From Minisyncoccota bacterium (GTDB lineage: Bacteria; Patescibacteriota; Minisyncoccia; Phycocordibacterales; UBA12079): DNA of 64,000 nt. Position 1 is the first letter of the stretch; every line of letters starts with the position of its first letter. The stretch covers positions 96 through 64,095 of the forward strand of contig JAQTWD010000001.1 of assembly GCA_028689435.1 (NCBI GenBank), in the 5' to 3' direction. The notes beneath the pieces were generated by a model, which saw nothing but the letters and a program-made list of their open reading frames with translations, was not told where the DNA came from and did no database searches. The position numbers and the translations under genes were made by a program. Below are positions 26,290 to 35,483 of the stretch, one piece after another.

Positions 26290-26574
26290 TCAATAAAGGA
26301 TTTGTGTGGATAATACAAAATGCTGTATTTTATAAAAAATACTTTGAATTTTTAATCCAAAGTCTCGCAAAGACGATAAGGATTCATCAAAAACAAGGGA
26401 AACCTTTTCCCCCATCTTATTAATTTCTAAATTATTACTAGATAGTTTTTCATTTAAAATACTAAAACCACTACCTAGTCCAAAAAAGAAAACTATAAAA
26501 AATATTATAAAAATCTTTGAATTCTTCATAAAATAAGACTTTGCACCACAAATACAATTATTTACAAAAGTCAC
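26290..26574 (-). CDS. small membrane-anchored hypothetical protein (start may be MKNSKIF at 26529)
   Basis: 94-aa ORF upstream of the DGR target on the same strand, with a TM helix. Confidence 0.4.
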   Translation of the reverse strand: MTFVNNCICGAKSYFMKNSKIFIIFFIVFFFGLGSGFSILNEKLSSNNLEINKMGEKVSLVFDESLSSLRDFGLKIQSIFYKIQHFVLSTQILY

Positions 26575-26721
26575 GCAGACAAAATTATTACCATTTTGTT
26601 TTATAACTATATATTATCACAATATTTTAACTTTTATTAAAGATTTAGGTGTGAGTAACTTTCGGCTGTTCTTTAAGAATTGTAAGACGTCGGACGTCTT
26701 ACAATACTTCACAGTAAGACA

Positions 26722-26750
26722 TTGACAAAATGTATATTTTAGTGTATCTT
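26722..26750 (+). promoter_or_regulatory. sigma70-like promoter TTGACA-N17-TATCTT
   Basis: TTGACA at 26722-26727, TATCTT at 26745-26750. Confidence 0.5.
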
Positions 26751-26805
26751 TTATATCAAGAATTTGTTCTTCTTTTTTTTAAAACATATTTTAAACGGAG
26801 GAATT

Positions 26806-26991
26806 ATGGCCGAGCAGAATTGTTTTCCGGAAGAAAGGGTTTGGATCAAGCCAACCCCTATCTGTGCAAACGAAACATGCTCGGAAGTAATCCTCCCGGG
26901 CATGAAAAAAGTCGTAGACGATGAGAGAGACGTCGTCTACTGTTCGGAGAGATGTCGTCGTCTCTCCGAAACACGCCCTGGGCGTGTATAA
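26806..26991 (+). CDS. small Cys-rich (zinc-ribbon-like) protein
   Basis: ATG at 26806 preceded by GGAGG (4 nt). 61 aa: MAEQNCF...ICANETC...YCSERC. GC-rich. Confidence 0.5.
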   Translation: MAEQNCFPEERVWIKPTPICANETCSEVILPGMKKVVDDERDVVYCSERCRRLSETRPGRV

Positions 26992-26998
26992 AATATCC

Positions 26999-27044
26999 AG
27001 CCCGACATCGCTTTTTGCAAAAAGCGATGTCGGGCTATTTTCTT
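26999..27044 (+). terminator. intrinsic terminator
   Basis: AGCCCGACATCGCTTTTT-GC-AAAAAGCGATGTCGGGCT followed by ATTTTCTTT. Confidence 0.8.
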
Positions 27045-27072
27045 TCTCTCTCACACTGCTATAATAAAGATC

Positions 27073-28227
27073 ATGACAAACGAAGACAAAAAGAAAATCC
27101 TATTTGTAGTCACAAAATCTAATTGGGGTGGAGCCCAAAAGTATGTCTATGATCTAGCTATTAACATTCCCTCAGAATATAAACCAATCGTCATTCATGG
27201 AGGAAATGGCTTGATGTGTGAAAAATTGGACGAAGCAAAAATCAAAAGAATTGAAATTAAGGCACTTAAAAGAGATGTCTTTTTTTGGGACGATATAAAA
27301 GTGCTAAAAAATTTAATTGATATTTTAAAACTAGAAAACCCTTCAATTATCCACCTAAATAGCTCAAAAATAGGAGGTTTGGGTGCATTGGCAGGCAGAA
27401 TCGCAGGAATTCAAAAAATAATTTTTACCGCTCACGGGTTTGCTTTTAATGAAGATCGCCCTCTTTGGCAAAGAATTATAATCAAAATACTAACCTATAT
27501 TACATTACTACTCTCCCACCAAATAATCGTCATTTCAAAAAAAGAATTTGATCAAGTAAAAGACTGGCCATTATTAAAAAATAAAATATCCTTGATTTAT
27601 AACGGTTCCCCAAAAATAGATTTTATTGAAAAAACAAAAGCTAGAAAATTTTTTACAGATAAATTAAAAATAGAAAACAAAAACTACAACGATCTGATTT
27701 GGATTGGAACAATTTCAGAACTAACTAAAAATAAAGGTCTTGGGTATGCCATAAAAGGCATCCGTGATTTAAAGAGAAGCCTTCATTCACAATGGAATGG
27801 AATATTTATTATTGTTGGAAGTGGAGAAGAAAGAGGTTACTTAGAAAATCTAATTGAAGAATACAATCTGGAAAAAGATGTTTATTTGGCTGGATTTATT
27901 GACGCAAAAGAATACTTAAAAGCATTTGATATATTTTTGCTTTCTTCTGTAAAAGAAGGTTTGCCTTATGTTTTATTGGAATCAGGCCTTGCTGGTAACA
28001 CAATAATCTCTACCGATGTAGGTGGAACAAGTGAAATAATAGACAACCTTGATAATGGATTTTTAATCAGACCTAAAAACCCAAAAGAGATTATGAACGC
28101 AATAAGAGTATATATGGAAAACGAAGAAAAAATGTCCACTTTCGGAAAGAAAATACAGAAAAAGATAGAGAATGATTTTTCAATAGAAAAAATGGTGTCT
28201 GAAACAACTAAACTTTATAAACTTTGA
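27073..28227 (+). CDS. glycosyltransferase family 4 (GT-B, group 1)
   Basis: 384 aa. GGAQKYVYDLA, and an E(x7)E-type C-terminal region SVKEGLPYVLLESGLAG. TATAAT at 27060-27065 ends 7 nt before the ATG, so the mRNA may be leaderless. Confidence 0.8.
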   Translation: MTNEDKKKILFVVTKSNWGGAQKYVYDLAINIPSEYKPIVIHGGNGLMCEKLDEAKIKRIEIKALKRDVFFWDDIKVLKNLIDILKLENPSIIHLNSSKIGGLGALAGRIAGIQKIIFTAHGFAFNEDRPLWQRIIIKILTYITLLLSHQIIVISKKEFDQVKDWPLLKNKISLIYNGSPKIDFIEKTKARKFFTDKLKIENKNYNDLIWIGTISELTKNKGLGYAIKGIRDLKRSLHSQWNGIFIIVGSGEERGYLENLIEEYNLEKDVYLAGFIDAKEYLKAFDIFLLSSVKEGLPYVLLESGLAGNTIISTDVGGTSEIIDNLDNGFLIRPKNPKEIMNAIRVYMENEEKMSTFGKKIQKKIENDFSIEKMVSETTKLYKL

Positions 28228-28321
28228 ATTAAATAAATAGAAGCTTATAGCCGATAGCTTATAGCTGATAGCACGAACGGTGTTGATTGCTTCGTCGCAA
28301 GCTCCTCACAAAGACAAACAA

Positions 28322-28352
28322 GGCGGGAAATTTGCTTCGCAAATTTTCCGCC
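28322..28352. terminator. hairpin GGCGGGAAATTTGC-TTCG-CAAATTTTCCGCC between convergent genes
   Basis: Same hairpin type as at 15988-16018 and 63958-64000. Confidence 0.5.
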
Positions 28353-28402
28353 TAAATTCTAAATTCTTCTTAACCCTTACACCTTGTGCCTTGCCCCTTA
28401 CA

Positions 28403-29524
28403 TCAAGAGCCGAGAAATTCATTACCCATATCTTCTTTATGAAATCTTTTTGATTTTTCTCGCATACCCATCAACATCCCAAGACCCATAAATTCTGTCA
28501 GCAAGTGAGACCCTCCATAACTCATAAAAGGAATAGTAACCCCTGTTACTGGCAAAAGACCAATATTCATTCCAATATGAATAATAAAATGACTTATAAA
28601 CAAGACGGCCAAACCAAGACCAAACAATGTTTCAAAATTTGTTGCTCCATACAGAGAGATTAAAAGTATCCTCCAAATAACAATTGAAAAAAGAGAAAAC
28701 AGCAAAATCACGCCCAAAAAACCCCACTCTTCCGCAAAAGAGGCAAAAATAAAGTCTGTTTCGTATTCTGGCAAAAACTGCAATCTTGATTGTGTTCCAA
28801 AACCAACTCCCTTTCCTAACATCTGTCCCGAACCCACCGCTATTGTAGATTGATAGGCGTTATAACCTGCCCCTTGTATATCAGCCAATGGATCCAAAAA
28901 TGTTTTTATTCTGTCTTTTTGATAATCTTGAAAAACAAAAAACCACAAACCACCAAAAGACAATGCCCCAACCAAAAAAACTAGCAACAAATGTTTTTTT
29001 GAAATTCCCGATACCATAACCATTCCAAACCAAACAAAAAAAATTATAATGGCAGAACCAAAATCGGGTTGCAATAAAACCAAAAGAAAAAATACAAAGG
29101 CATACGTTCCTGAAACAAAAATGTGTTTGAAATTGGCAATTTCTATATGTCTTTTGGAAAAATATTTTGCCAACAAAAGTATAGTAACAAGTTTGACAGG
29201 ATCAGCTGGTTGAAAAGCAAAAAACCCAAGATTAAACCAGCTCTGAGCTCCTTTGAAAACGCTTCCTGTAATAAACAAAGCCAAAAGAACAGCAACGGAA
29301 ATAAAAAACAAAACTATCAACATACGAGACCTTCTTAAAAAACTCCAATCGATCAAACTAAATGCAAAAAAAACTGCAAAAGAAATTATTACAGAGATTA
29401 ATTGTTTTTCAAAAAAATAATTTTCGCTAACAAAAGAATTCATCGTGAGAAGCCCTGCCCCCACAATAAGAGAAACTGCAAAAAACAGTATCCAATCAAC
29501 ACTTGAAACTATACGAGAAAACAT
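28403..29524 (-). CDS. FtsW/RodA/SpoVE-family peptidoglycan glycosyltransferase
   Basis: 373 aa, about 10 TM helices, QPDFGSA and PVTGVTIPFMSYGGS motifs. Confidence 0.85.
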   Translation of the reverse strand: MFSRIVSSVDWILFFAVSLIVGAGLLTMNSFVSENYFFEKQLISVIISFAVFFAFSLIDWSFLRRSRMLIVLFFISVAVLLALFITGSVFKGAQSWFNLGFFAFQPADPVKLVTILLLAKYFSKRHIEIANFKHIFVSGTYAFVFFLLVLLQPDFGSAIIIFFVWFGMVMVSGISKKHLLLVFLVGALSFGGLWFFVFQDYQKDRIKTFLDPLADIQGAGYNAYQSTIAVGSGQMLGKGVGFGTQSRLQFLPEYETDFIFASFAEEWGFLGVILLFSLFSIVIWRILLISLYGATNFETLFGLGLAVLFISHFIIHIGMNIGLLPVTGVTIPFMSYGGSHLLTEFMGLGMLMGMREKSKRFHKEDMGNEFLGS

Positions 29525-29527
29525 ATT

Positions 29528-30286
29528 TTATTTTTCAACTAAAATAATAACTTCTATCTGACTAGTTTGGTCTTTCAAAAGTCCTGGCCAAGTAAACACG
29601 ACATTTTCTATCGCATTTTTAGACATTTTTTCAATGATTGTTTGAGAAACAGCCACAGCGTTGCCTTCTTTATCGGTCAAAATTCCTGTGATTTTTATAT
29701 TCTCAATCGTCCTAACTGTTTCATTTTTTATATTTGCTTCCAGCCTTGTATTTCCATCTTTTTCAGTTAATTCTTTATTCTGAACAACAACAGCTGGCTG
29801 TTCATAATCTGTTTTTACCCACTCTGGATTTTTCAAAAATTCAAACAAAGGCGAACGGCCAGGCTCTCTTTCCTGAGTTATAATTGTTCTTTCAAAAATT
29901 GCTGTAACTGCTCTCGGAGGAATATAGGCCTTTCCCAATCTTTCTGCAATCAAAATATTATCTTTGTCATAAATTTTGAAAGAGTAGGGAACATCATGTG
30001 CTTCTGTTTTAAAATTTGGGTTTTCCACCAAAGCGACAACATTATAAATTCCGTCTTTAACCTTGAAAAATCTACTCCAAAGTATTATTGGATCAAGCGC
30101 TTGAAATTCACAAATTTTTGGACACACACCACCGCAGTCTATGTCTTGTTCGTCTTGATTTTGAATTCCATCTGTACAAGTTGGGGCTGTGTAAATAAAA
30201 ATGTAATAAAACAAAGACACTATCAACAAAAACAGTGATAAGAAAAATGAAAAATATATTGTTCTTCTTTTTGATGCCCAAGACAT
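29528..30286 (-). CDS. hypothetical membrane-anchored protein
   Basis: 252 aa. N-terminal TM helix and a Cys-rich segment CTDGIQNQDEQDIDCGGVCPKIC. Confidence 0.55.
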   Translation of the reverse strand: MSWASKRRTIYFSFFLSLFLLIVSLFYYIFIYTAPTCTDGIQNQDEQDIDCGGVCPKICEFQALDPIILWSRFFKVKDGIYNVVALVENPNFKTEAHDVPYSFKIYDKDNILIAERLGKAYIPPRAVTAIFERTIITQEREPGRSPLFEFLKNPEWVKTDYEQPAVVVQNKELTEKDGNTRLEANIKNETVRTIENIKITGILTDKEGNAVAVSQTIIEKMSKNAIENVVFTWPGLLKDQTSQIEVIILVEK

Positions 30287-30563
30287 AATGAAAATTCAAA
30301 AGTTAAAAATCAAAAGTCAAAATTAAGACTTAAAATTAAAATTATAAAGATGGTTAAATGATAACAAAAAAACATCACTTTTGTAAGTGACAGTAGAAAC
30401 TAAGCTTATAGCTGATAGCGACGACGACAGAATCGTCATCTTTGCGAACGAAGTGAAGCAATCCAGAAGAATTTTGCCTGCAATGTCGTTGTTTTTCTTT
30501 AAGAAAATAAGCAGAGATTAACCCAGCACTCAAGTTTTTACCAAAAACTTGAGTGCTGGGCGT

Positions 30564-30880
30564 ACTGCCGTGTGCGGAACTTGCAAATTTAAGTTTTTAT
30601 AGAAATAAAAAAATTGAATACCTAATGTTGGCGCTTACCTACTTTCCCCATAAAAGAGTATCATCGGTTCTAGAAGGCTTAACTGCCGTGTGCGGAATGA
30701 GAACGGGTGTACCCCTTCCGACGAAGCACCAACATTAGATATTCAATTTTCAATTTTTTTTATTTCTATAAAAACACAATTATTTGCAAGGGTGTCGTAT
30801 TGTTTTCATCTTACAAAATATTTAGTTTATACAAACTAACTATTTTGTAAGATGAAAGCCCTTCCGACGAAGCACCAACA
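30564..30880 (-). pseudogene. outer, truncated 5S-like copy interrupted by the palindromic cassette that carries the intact 5S gene
   Basis: actgccgtgtgcggaa (30564-30579), gggtgt (30790-30795) and cccttccgacgaagcaccaaca (30859-30880) duplicate consecutive segments of the intact 5S 5' half. They are separated by hairpins and by the cassette. Confidence 0.65.
30626..30734 (-). rRNA. rrf: 5S rRNA
   Basis: Reverse complement reads TGTTGGTGCTTCGTCGGAAGGGGTACACCCGTTCTCATTCCGCACACGGCAGTTAAGCC...GGGAAAGTAGGTAAGCGCCAACA. Helix I pairs. Confidence 0.85.
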
Positions 30881-31101
30881 CAAAGTGTTTTAATTTTTGT
30901 TCTGTATGTAATATTTTAAAGTATGAGGAATTTTCACTTCTATTAAAGAAGTGAAAATTCCTCAAATGGTCGGGGAATTCGATCTAACTCAGTTTGCTCT
31001 ATCTATGTTTCTCTTTTGGAAAAACATAGCCGGATTCATCCTTTGGGGATGTACCGGTAACAAAAAGAATTCTTTCGCAATCAAAAACCCCGTTTCAAAT
31101 T

Positions 31102-31182
31102 TGGAGCAAGGGGCTGGATTTGAACCAGCGACAACACAACCTACTCAGGCTATGAGCTCTGTCCTGACTGAGCTACCCTTGC
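31102..31182 (-). tRNA. tRNA-like element in the 23S-5S spacer with a non-canonical anticodon arm (identity undetermined)
   Basis: Reverse complement reads GCAAGGG-TA-GCTCAGTCAGGACAGAGC-T-CATAGCCTGAGTAGGTTGTG-TTGTC-GCTGGTTCAAATCCAGC-CCCTTGC-T-CCA. Acceptor, D-arm, T-arm and an encoded CCA are perfect, but the anticodon arm is a 7-8 bp stem with a 4-6 nt loop. Confidence 0.55.
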
Positions 31183-31474
31183 CCAATATATATGAATAAC
31201 AAGAAATTGTTTTTAAAATAAGAATCGTGTCCTTTGAAATTCCTAATAAGAAATATCTCGATGCATTAGTACTCCTCGGCTGAACACATTACTGTGCTTA
31301 CACCTAGAGCCTATCACCTGATCATCTCTCAGGGATCTTAAACGATTCCTAATCTTGAAGTTGGCTTCCCTCTTAGATGCTTTCAGAGGTTATCCATTCC
31401 CAACATAGCTACCCAGCGGTGCTCCTGGCGGAACAGCTGGTACACCAGAGGTTAGTTCACTCCGGTCCTCTCGT

Positions 31475-32333
31475 CGTGTTTAAAAAATTTCATTCTTTTC
31501 GAAATTCGAAACTATGAATTCAAAATTTTTTATCTTCCCCTATTTCTAGGAGCACAGACTATATCTTCACCCTTTCCTCATGAACAGGACTGGGGTGGTG
31601 GCGTGTTACATACAGAGACTGTCATTTTCACCGAAATGATTCAGCACATCCATACGTCTGTCATAAAAATGGTTTTATTTTTATAGACAAGTCGTTACGG
31701 GGTCAAACCCAAAATTCTATACAAATCTTTTTTATTTAAAGTACTTCGACTGGCATAATTTTCTTTTTTGATTATTAATACCAAATCAACTATTCTGCGT
31801 ATTTGTTGTTTAGATAAATTGTTTATATTAACAGAGCTTAAAATTTCACAAGCTTCTATAAGAGCTTTAGTCTGTTTAGACTTGAACTTTATAAAAGGTT
31901 GTAATAATAAAAGAATTTCTTTTATTGTTTTAAATCCATTAATACGCAATTCGGACATTCCATCGTTTCTACGAGAAATGTATCCCACTCCAAACACTTT
32001 ACGCATCCACAAAAGTGGTTTTTCATGACGAGTATCTTGATACAGACAAATTGTTGCCATAAATCTTACGCCCTTTTTTGTATCAGAACGTTTTTTGATT
32101 TGTAACATCAAACTGCCATCACCATCAAGAAAACCCGCGATGTACGCTAAATTATTTGTATTGATTTTGAATCGACTTCCCACGGTATTGCCTTAAAGAG
32201 GATTATGGTCCTCAAGCATATTATACCACACAAGAACCGAGAGTGTGTATAATACTCAAACCACAACCATATGAAGGTTTCACCGTTATAGCCACTTTGT
32301 CATCACACATCTCTGTGTGAAGTAGCAAAATTT
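31475..32333 (-). mobile_element. group-I intron in the sarcin-ricin loop (between E. coli positions ~2656 and 2657) with a LAGLIDADG ORF
   Basis: Exon junction CCTAGT|...|ACGAGAGGACCGG. The 5' exon ends in U and the intron ends in G. J8/7-like GAAGATATAGTCTG is present. Confidence 0.75.
31695..32183 (-). CDS. LAGLIDADG homing endonuclease (single-motif type)
   Basis: 162 aa. LAYIAGFLDGDGSLML. GTG start inside the conserved 17-mer CAATACCGTGGGAAGTC. Confidence 0.8.
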   Translation of the reverse strand: MGSRFKINTNNLAYIAGFLDGDGSLMLQIKKRSDTKKGVRFMATICLYQDTRHEKPLLWMRKVFGVGYISRRNDGMSELRINGFKTIKEILLLLQPFIKFKSKQTKALIEACEILSSVNINNLSKQQIRRIVDLVLIIKKENYASRSTLNKKDLYRILGLTP

Positions 32334-32384
32334 ACTAGGAGCAAATCTTCTCAAGAATCAACGCCTGCAGCAGATAGGAGACCA

Positions 32385-32419
<35 letters not shown>

Positions 32420-32489
32420 ACTTTTTAATTGGCGAACAGCCAAACCCTTGGGACCTTCTCCAGCCCCAGGATAAGTTGAGCCGACATCG

Positions 32490-33341
32490 CAATGTCGTCT
32501 TTGAACCGCGAGATTCAAAGTTTTAATCCATTGTTACCAATGGTTTGGACTATATATTCACCTTTTTTTTAAAAAAGTTAAGGTGTTGGCGTTTTAGCAC
32601 TTCGTATTTGAAGCACTCTGTCCGTCAACCGACGGACAAGTCTCTACGGGGTCATAACTCAATTTGTATTTCATTGAAGGAATAATGTGTGGTTCAATAA
32701 TAGAATTCAATTTTTCAATACTTTCTTTCAAAAATCTAATCCTATAATATTTTTTATCTTTATTTAAACGAGCCTTTAAGCCCATTTTTCTCAAAGAATG
32801 CAATAATATTTTTTGTTCCTTCATAGAAAATTGTTGTGTGTTTAAATACACATCATTTTTTCTAGATTTACTTCCATCATCCATAAACCAAACCGCTAAA
32901 ATAATTGAATCTAATTCCAAATTATTTGGTATGGTTTTACTTTTATTTTTGTAAAAGTTTTTCATTAAATCAGTTATTTCTGGATGTTGTTTTGTAAAAA
33001 ATCTATAAGCTTTTCTGTCATTTTCTCCACTACTTCCTTTTGGAGGAGAAACACAAATATTTTTTAATATAGAATATTTCCAATCAACATATTCTTTGGC
33101 TTTGATAGAATGATTTATTTCTAAAAATGCATCTTTCCTGTTAGGTGCAATCCTAACATATCCATCACCAAGAATAGATCCCATTATTACTGATTTTTGT
33201 TGTTGAGTTAGACTTCCCACGGTATTGTCCATAATCATTACATTATAGCTGATTATATTATGGAGTCCACCGTTATAAGCCAATATTTTTTGTAGGATAT
33301 TTCTATCCTAGGCACCCCGATGTAAGTTGTAACTTAAGTTA
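32490..33341 (-). mobile_element. group-I intron at 23S position ~2500 (peptidyl-transferase centre) with a LAGLIDADG ORF
   Basis: Exon junction GGCACCT|...|CGATGTCGGCTC. The 5' exon ends in U and the intron ends in G. J8/7-like GAATATATAGTCC is present. Confidence 0.8.
32594..33283 (-). CDS. LAGLIDADG homing endonuclease (double-motif type)
   Basis: 229 aa in the track. Motifs IMGSILGDGY and AVWFMDDGS. The true start may be the GTG at 33220, inside the same 17-mer seen in the other intron. Confidence 0.8.
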   Translation of the reverse strand: MAYNGGLHNIISYNVMIMDNTVGSLTQQQKSVIMGSILGDGYVRIAPNRKDAFLEINHSIKAKEYVDWKYSILKNICVSPPKGSSGENDRKAYRFFTKQHPEITDLMKNFYKNKSKTIPNNLELDSIILAVWFMDDGSKSRKNDVYLNTQQFSMKEQKILLHSLRKMGLKARLNKDKKYYRIRFLKESIEKLNSIIEPHIIPSMKYKLSYDPVETCPSVDGQSASNTKC

Positions 33342-33911
33342 AGGTGCCGAACATCGCCGTCGATATGAACTCTTAGGCGATACCAGCCTGTTATCCCCAG
33401 GGTAGCTTTTATCCGTTAATCTTCACCCGCGTCTAATGCGAGGTGTCGGTTCACTATGCTCTGCTTTCGCACTTGTTCGGCATGCACGCCTCACAATCAA
33501 GCCAGCTTGTGCCATTACACTATCAGCACGGTTTCCATTCGCGCTTAGCTGACCTTAATAGGCTCCTCCGTTACTTTTTAGGAGGATAGCGCCCCACTAA
33601 AACTACCTGCCAGATACTGTCTCCCGCCGTTTTTTCCGTCGAGATTAGAATGTACATTTTTAAAGAGTGGTATTTCACTGATGACTCCAGACAATCCAAA
33701 AACTGCCCTTCAAAGTCTCCCACCTATGCTACGCATCAAAAACATACACCCAATACCAAGCTATAGTAAAGCTCCTGGGGTCTTTTCGTCTAGCTGCAGG
33801 TAACCGGCATCTTCACCGGTATTGTATTTTCACCGAGCTGTTCCCCGAGACAGTATCCCACTCATTACGCCATTCGTGCACGTCTACAATTACTAGACAA
33901 GGAATTTCGCT

Positions 33912-34290
33912 TGATTTTGTTACTATCCAATTTAAAACTGGATGAATGAATCATTTCTGTTCATTTCTACATATCGCTATGCAGTCCGGACTATAATTTC
34001 TAAGTTTAAAACTTAGTCTAGCGTTTAGTCTCTGAGGATTCTTGCGTATTTTGCAAGTCTTTCCTGCTGATTTTCCGCACTGATCAGATTTTTACTTTTT
34101 AGAAAAGTACTGTCAGATTCTCGGATTTTCCAGCATATGGCTAGATGTTTTATGACGTTTTATAAAATAAATTTTATAAAACAGGCAACATTTATTCCTT
34201 AAATTACTTTGTACACCAATTTTTTATCTTGTTTATCTTAGTATCCACAACAGTCCTAGTCTTTGTACCTCCTTATAAAAAAGAGGCACA
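33912..34290 (-). mobile_element. ORF-less group-I-like intron at 23S position ~1931
   Basis: Exon junction CCTAAGGT|...|AGCGAAATTCC. J8/7-P7-like GAAATTATAGTCCGGAC is present. The last intron base reads A, not the expected G. Confidence 0.6.
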
Positions 34291-34325
<35 letters not shown>

Positions 34326-34344
34326 CAGGGCTTATATCAGACAG

Positions 34345-34485
34345 CACGCTCCTCGCTTCGCTCGGAGCAAGTAGTAAGTAAAAGGCAAAAGTAATAAGTA
34401 AAAAATTTGCTTCGCAAATTTTTTCGTTTCTTACTACTTACACCTTACTCCTTAGCACTTGCGTTCCAAACGCAGTGAGGAACGT
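34345..34485. repeat. AGTAAGTA-type palindromic insertion in 23S
   Basis: ACGCTCCTCGCTTCGCTCGGAGCAAGTAGTAAGTAA...AAAAAATTTGCTTCGCAAATTTTTT...CTTAGCACTTGCGTTCCAAACGCAGTGAGGAACGT, absent from the recalled E. coli sequence at this helix. Confidence 0.7.
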
Positions 34486-34600
34486 ACCACCAATATTTAA
34501 CCTTCTGGCATTGGTCAGGCGTCACCCCCTATACATCCTCTTGCGAGTTCGCAGGGAGCTGTGTTTTTGATAAACAGTTGGCAGGATTACTTTCGCTGCG

Positions 34601-34815
34601 GCCGTCGCATCTCGCTACGCTCGATACTCAAATTTTTAATTTTTAATTTTTAATTTTCAAACAATTTTTAATGAAATAATTTTTAAACACGACGACAAAA
34701 TTTGCTTTGCAAATTTTGTGTTTAAAAATTTAAGACATTTTAAAATTTGATATTGTTTAGAAATTAAAAATTAAAAATTAAAAATTCGGCATCAAATGTA
34801 ATGAGATGCGACGGC
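34601..34815. repeat. 215-nt AT-rich palindromic insertion in 23S
   Basis: Arms GCCGTCGCATCTC / GAGATGCGACGGC enclose (AAATTTTTAATTTTT)n arms and a central AAAATTTGCTTTGCAAATTTT hairpin. Confidence 0.7.
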
Positions 34816-35352
34816 AAGCCTTATTCCGAAGTTACGGCTGCTATTTTGCCGAGTTCCTTGGGGAATTATCACTCGTTCGCCTTGGTCTTCTCGACCTGAC
34901 TACCTGTGTCGGTTTACGGTACGGGTTCTTTATACTTAACCTTAGAAGCTTTTCTTGGAAGGCTCTTCGTAAGAATTTTCCAACCCGAGGGAAGAAATTT
35001 AATCTATTTACGAAATTCGACATTAAAGTCAGTTTCCCGGATTTTCCTAAGAAACAATTCTTAAAATAAAATACACAAATCCAATAATGTGCTCTTACTT
35101 GTGTCCTCCGTCACTCCATCGAAATACAAAGAAGTTACGGAATATTAACCGTATGTCCATCAGATCCGGTTTTCACCATCTCCTTAGGCCCGACTAACCC
35201 TTCGCTGATCACCATTGCGAAGGAAACCTTAGTCTTTCGGCGTGCAGGGATCTCACCTGCATTGCGGTTACTTGTGCCAACATTCTCGCTTCTGTACGCT
35301 CCACCATGGCTTACGCCTTTGGCTTCATTGCAGAACAGAATGCTCTCCTACC

Positions 35353-35483
35353 GCTTGTGCAAAGCACAAGCGAGTCATAAGTGATAAGTACTAAGTAATA
35401 AGTAAAAAATTTGCTTCGCAAATTTTTTCGTTTCTTACTACTTAAACCTTACTACTTTTAACTCGCTTGTGCTTTGCACAAGC
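35353..35483. repeat. AGTAAGTA-type palindromic insertion in 23S
   Basis: GCTTGTGCAAAGCACAAGC + ...AGTAATAAGTAAAAAATTTGCTTCGCAAATTTTTTCGTTTCTTACTACTT... + GCTTGTGCTTTGCACAAGC. Confidence 0.7.

Noticed and set aside
30553-31199. ORFs 30553..30738 (+) and 30951..31199 (+)
   Set aside because: They are read through the 5S gene and its flanks, and through the tRNA-like element, on the antisense strand.
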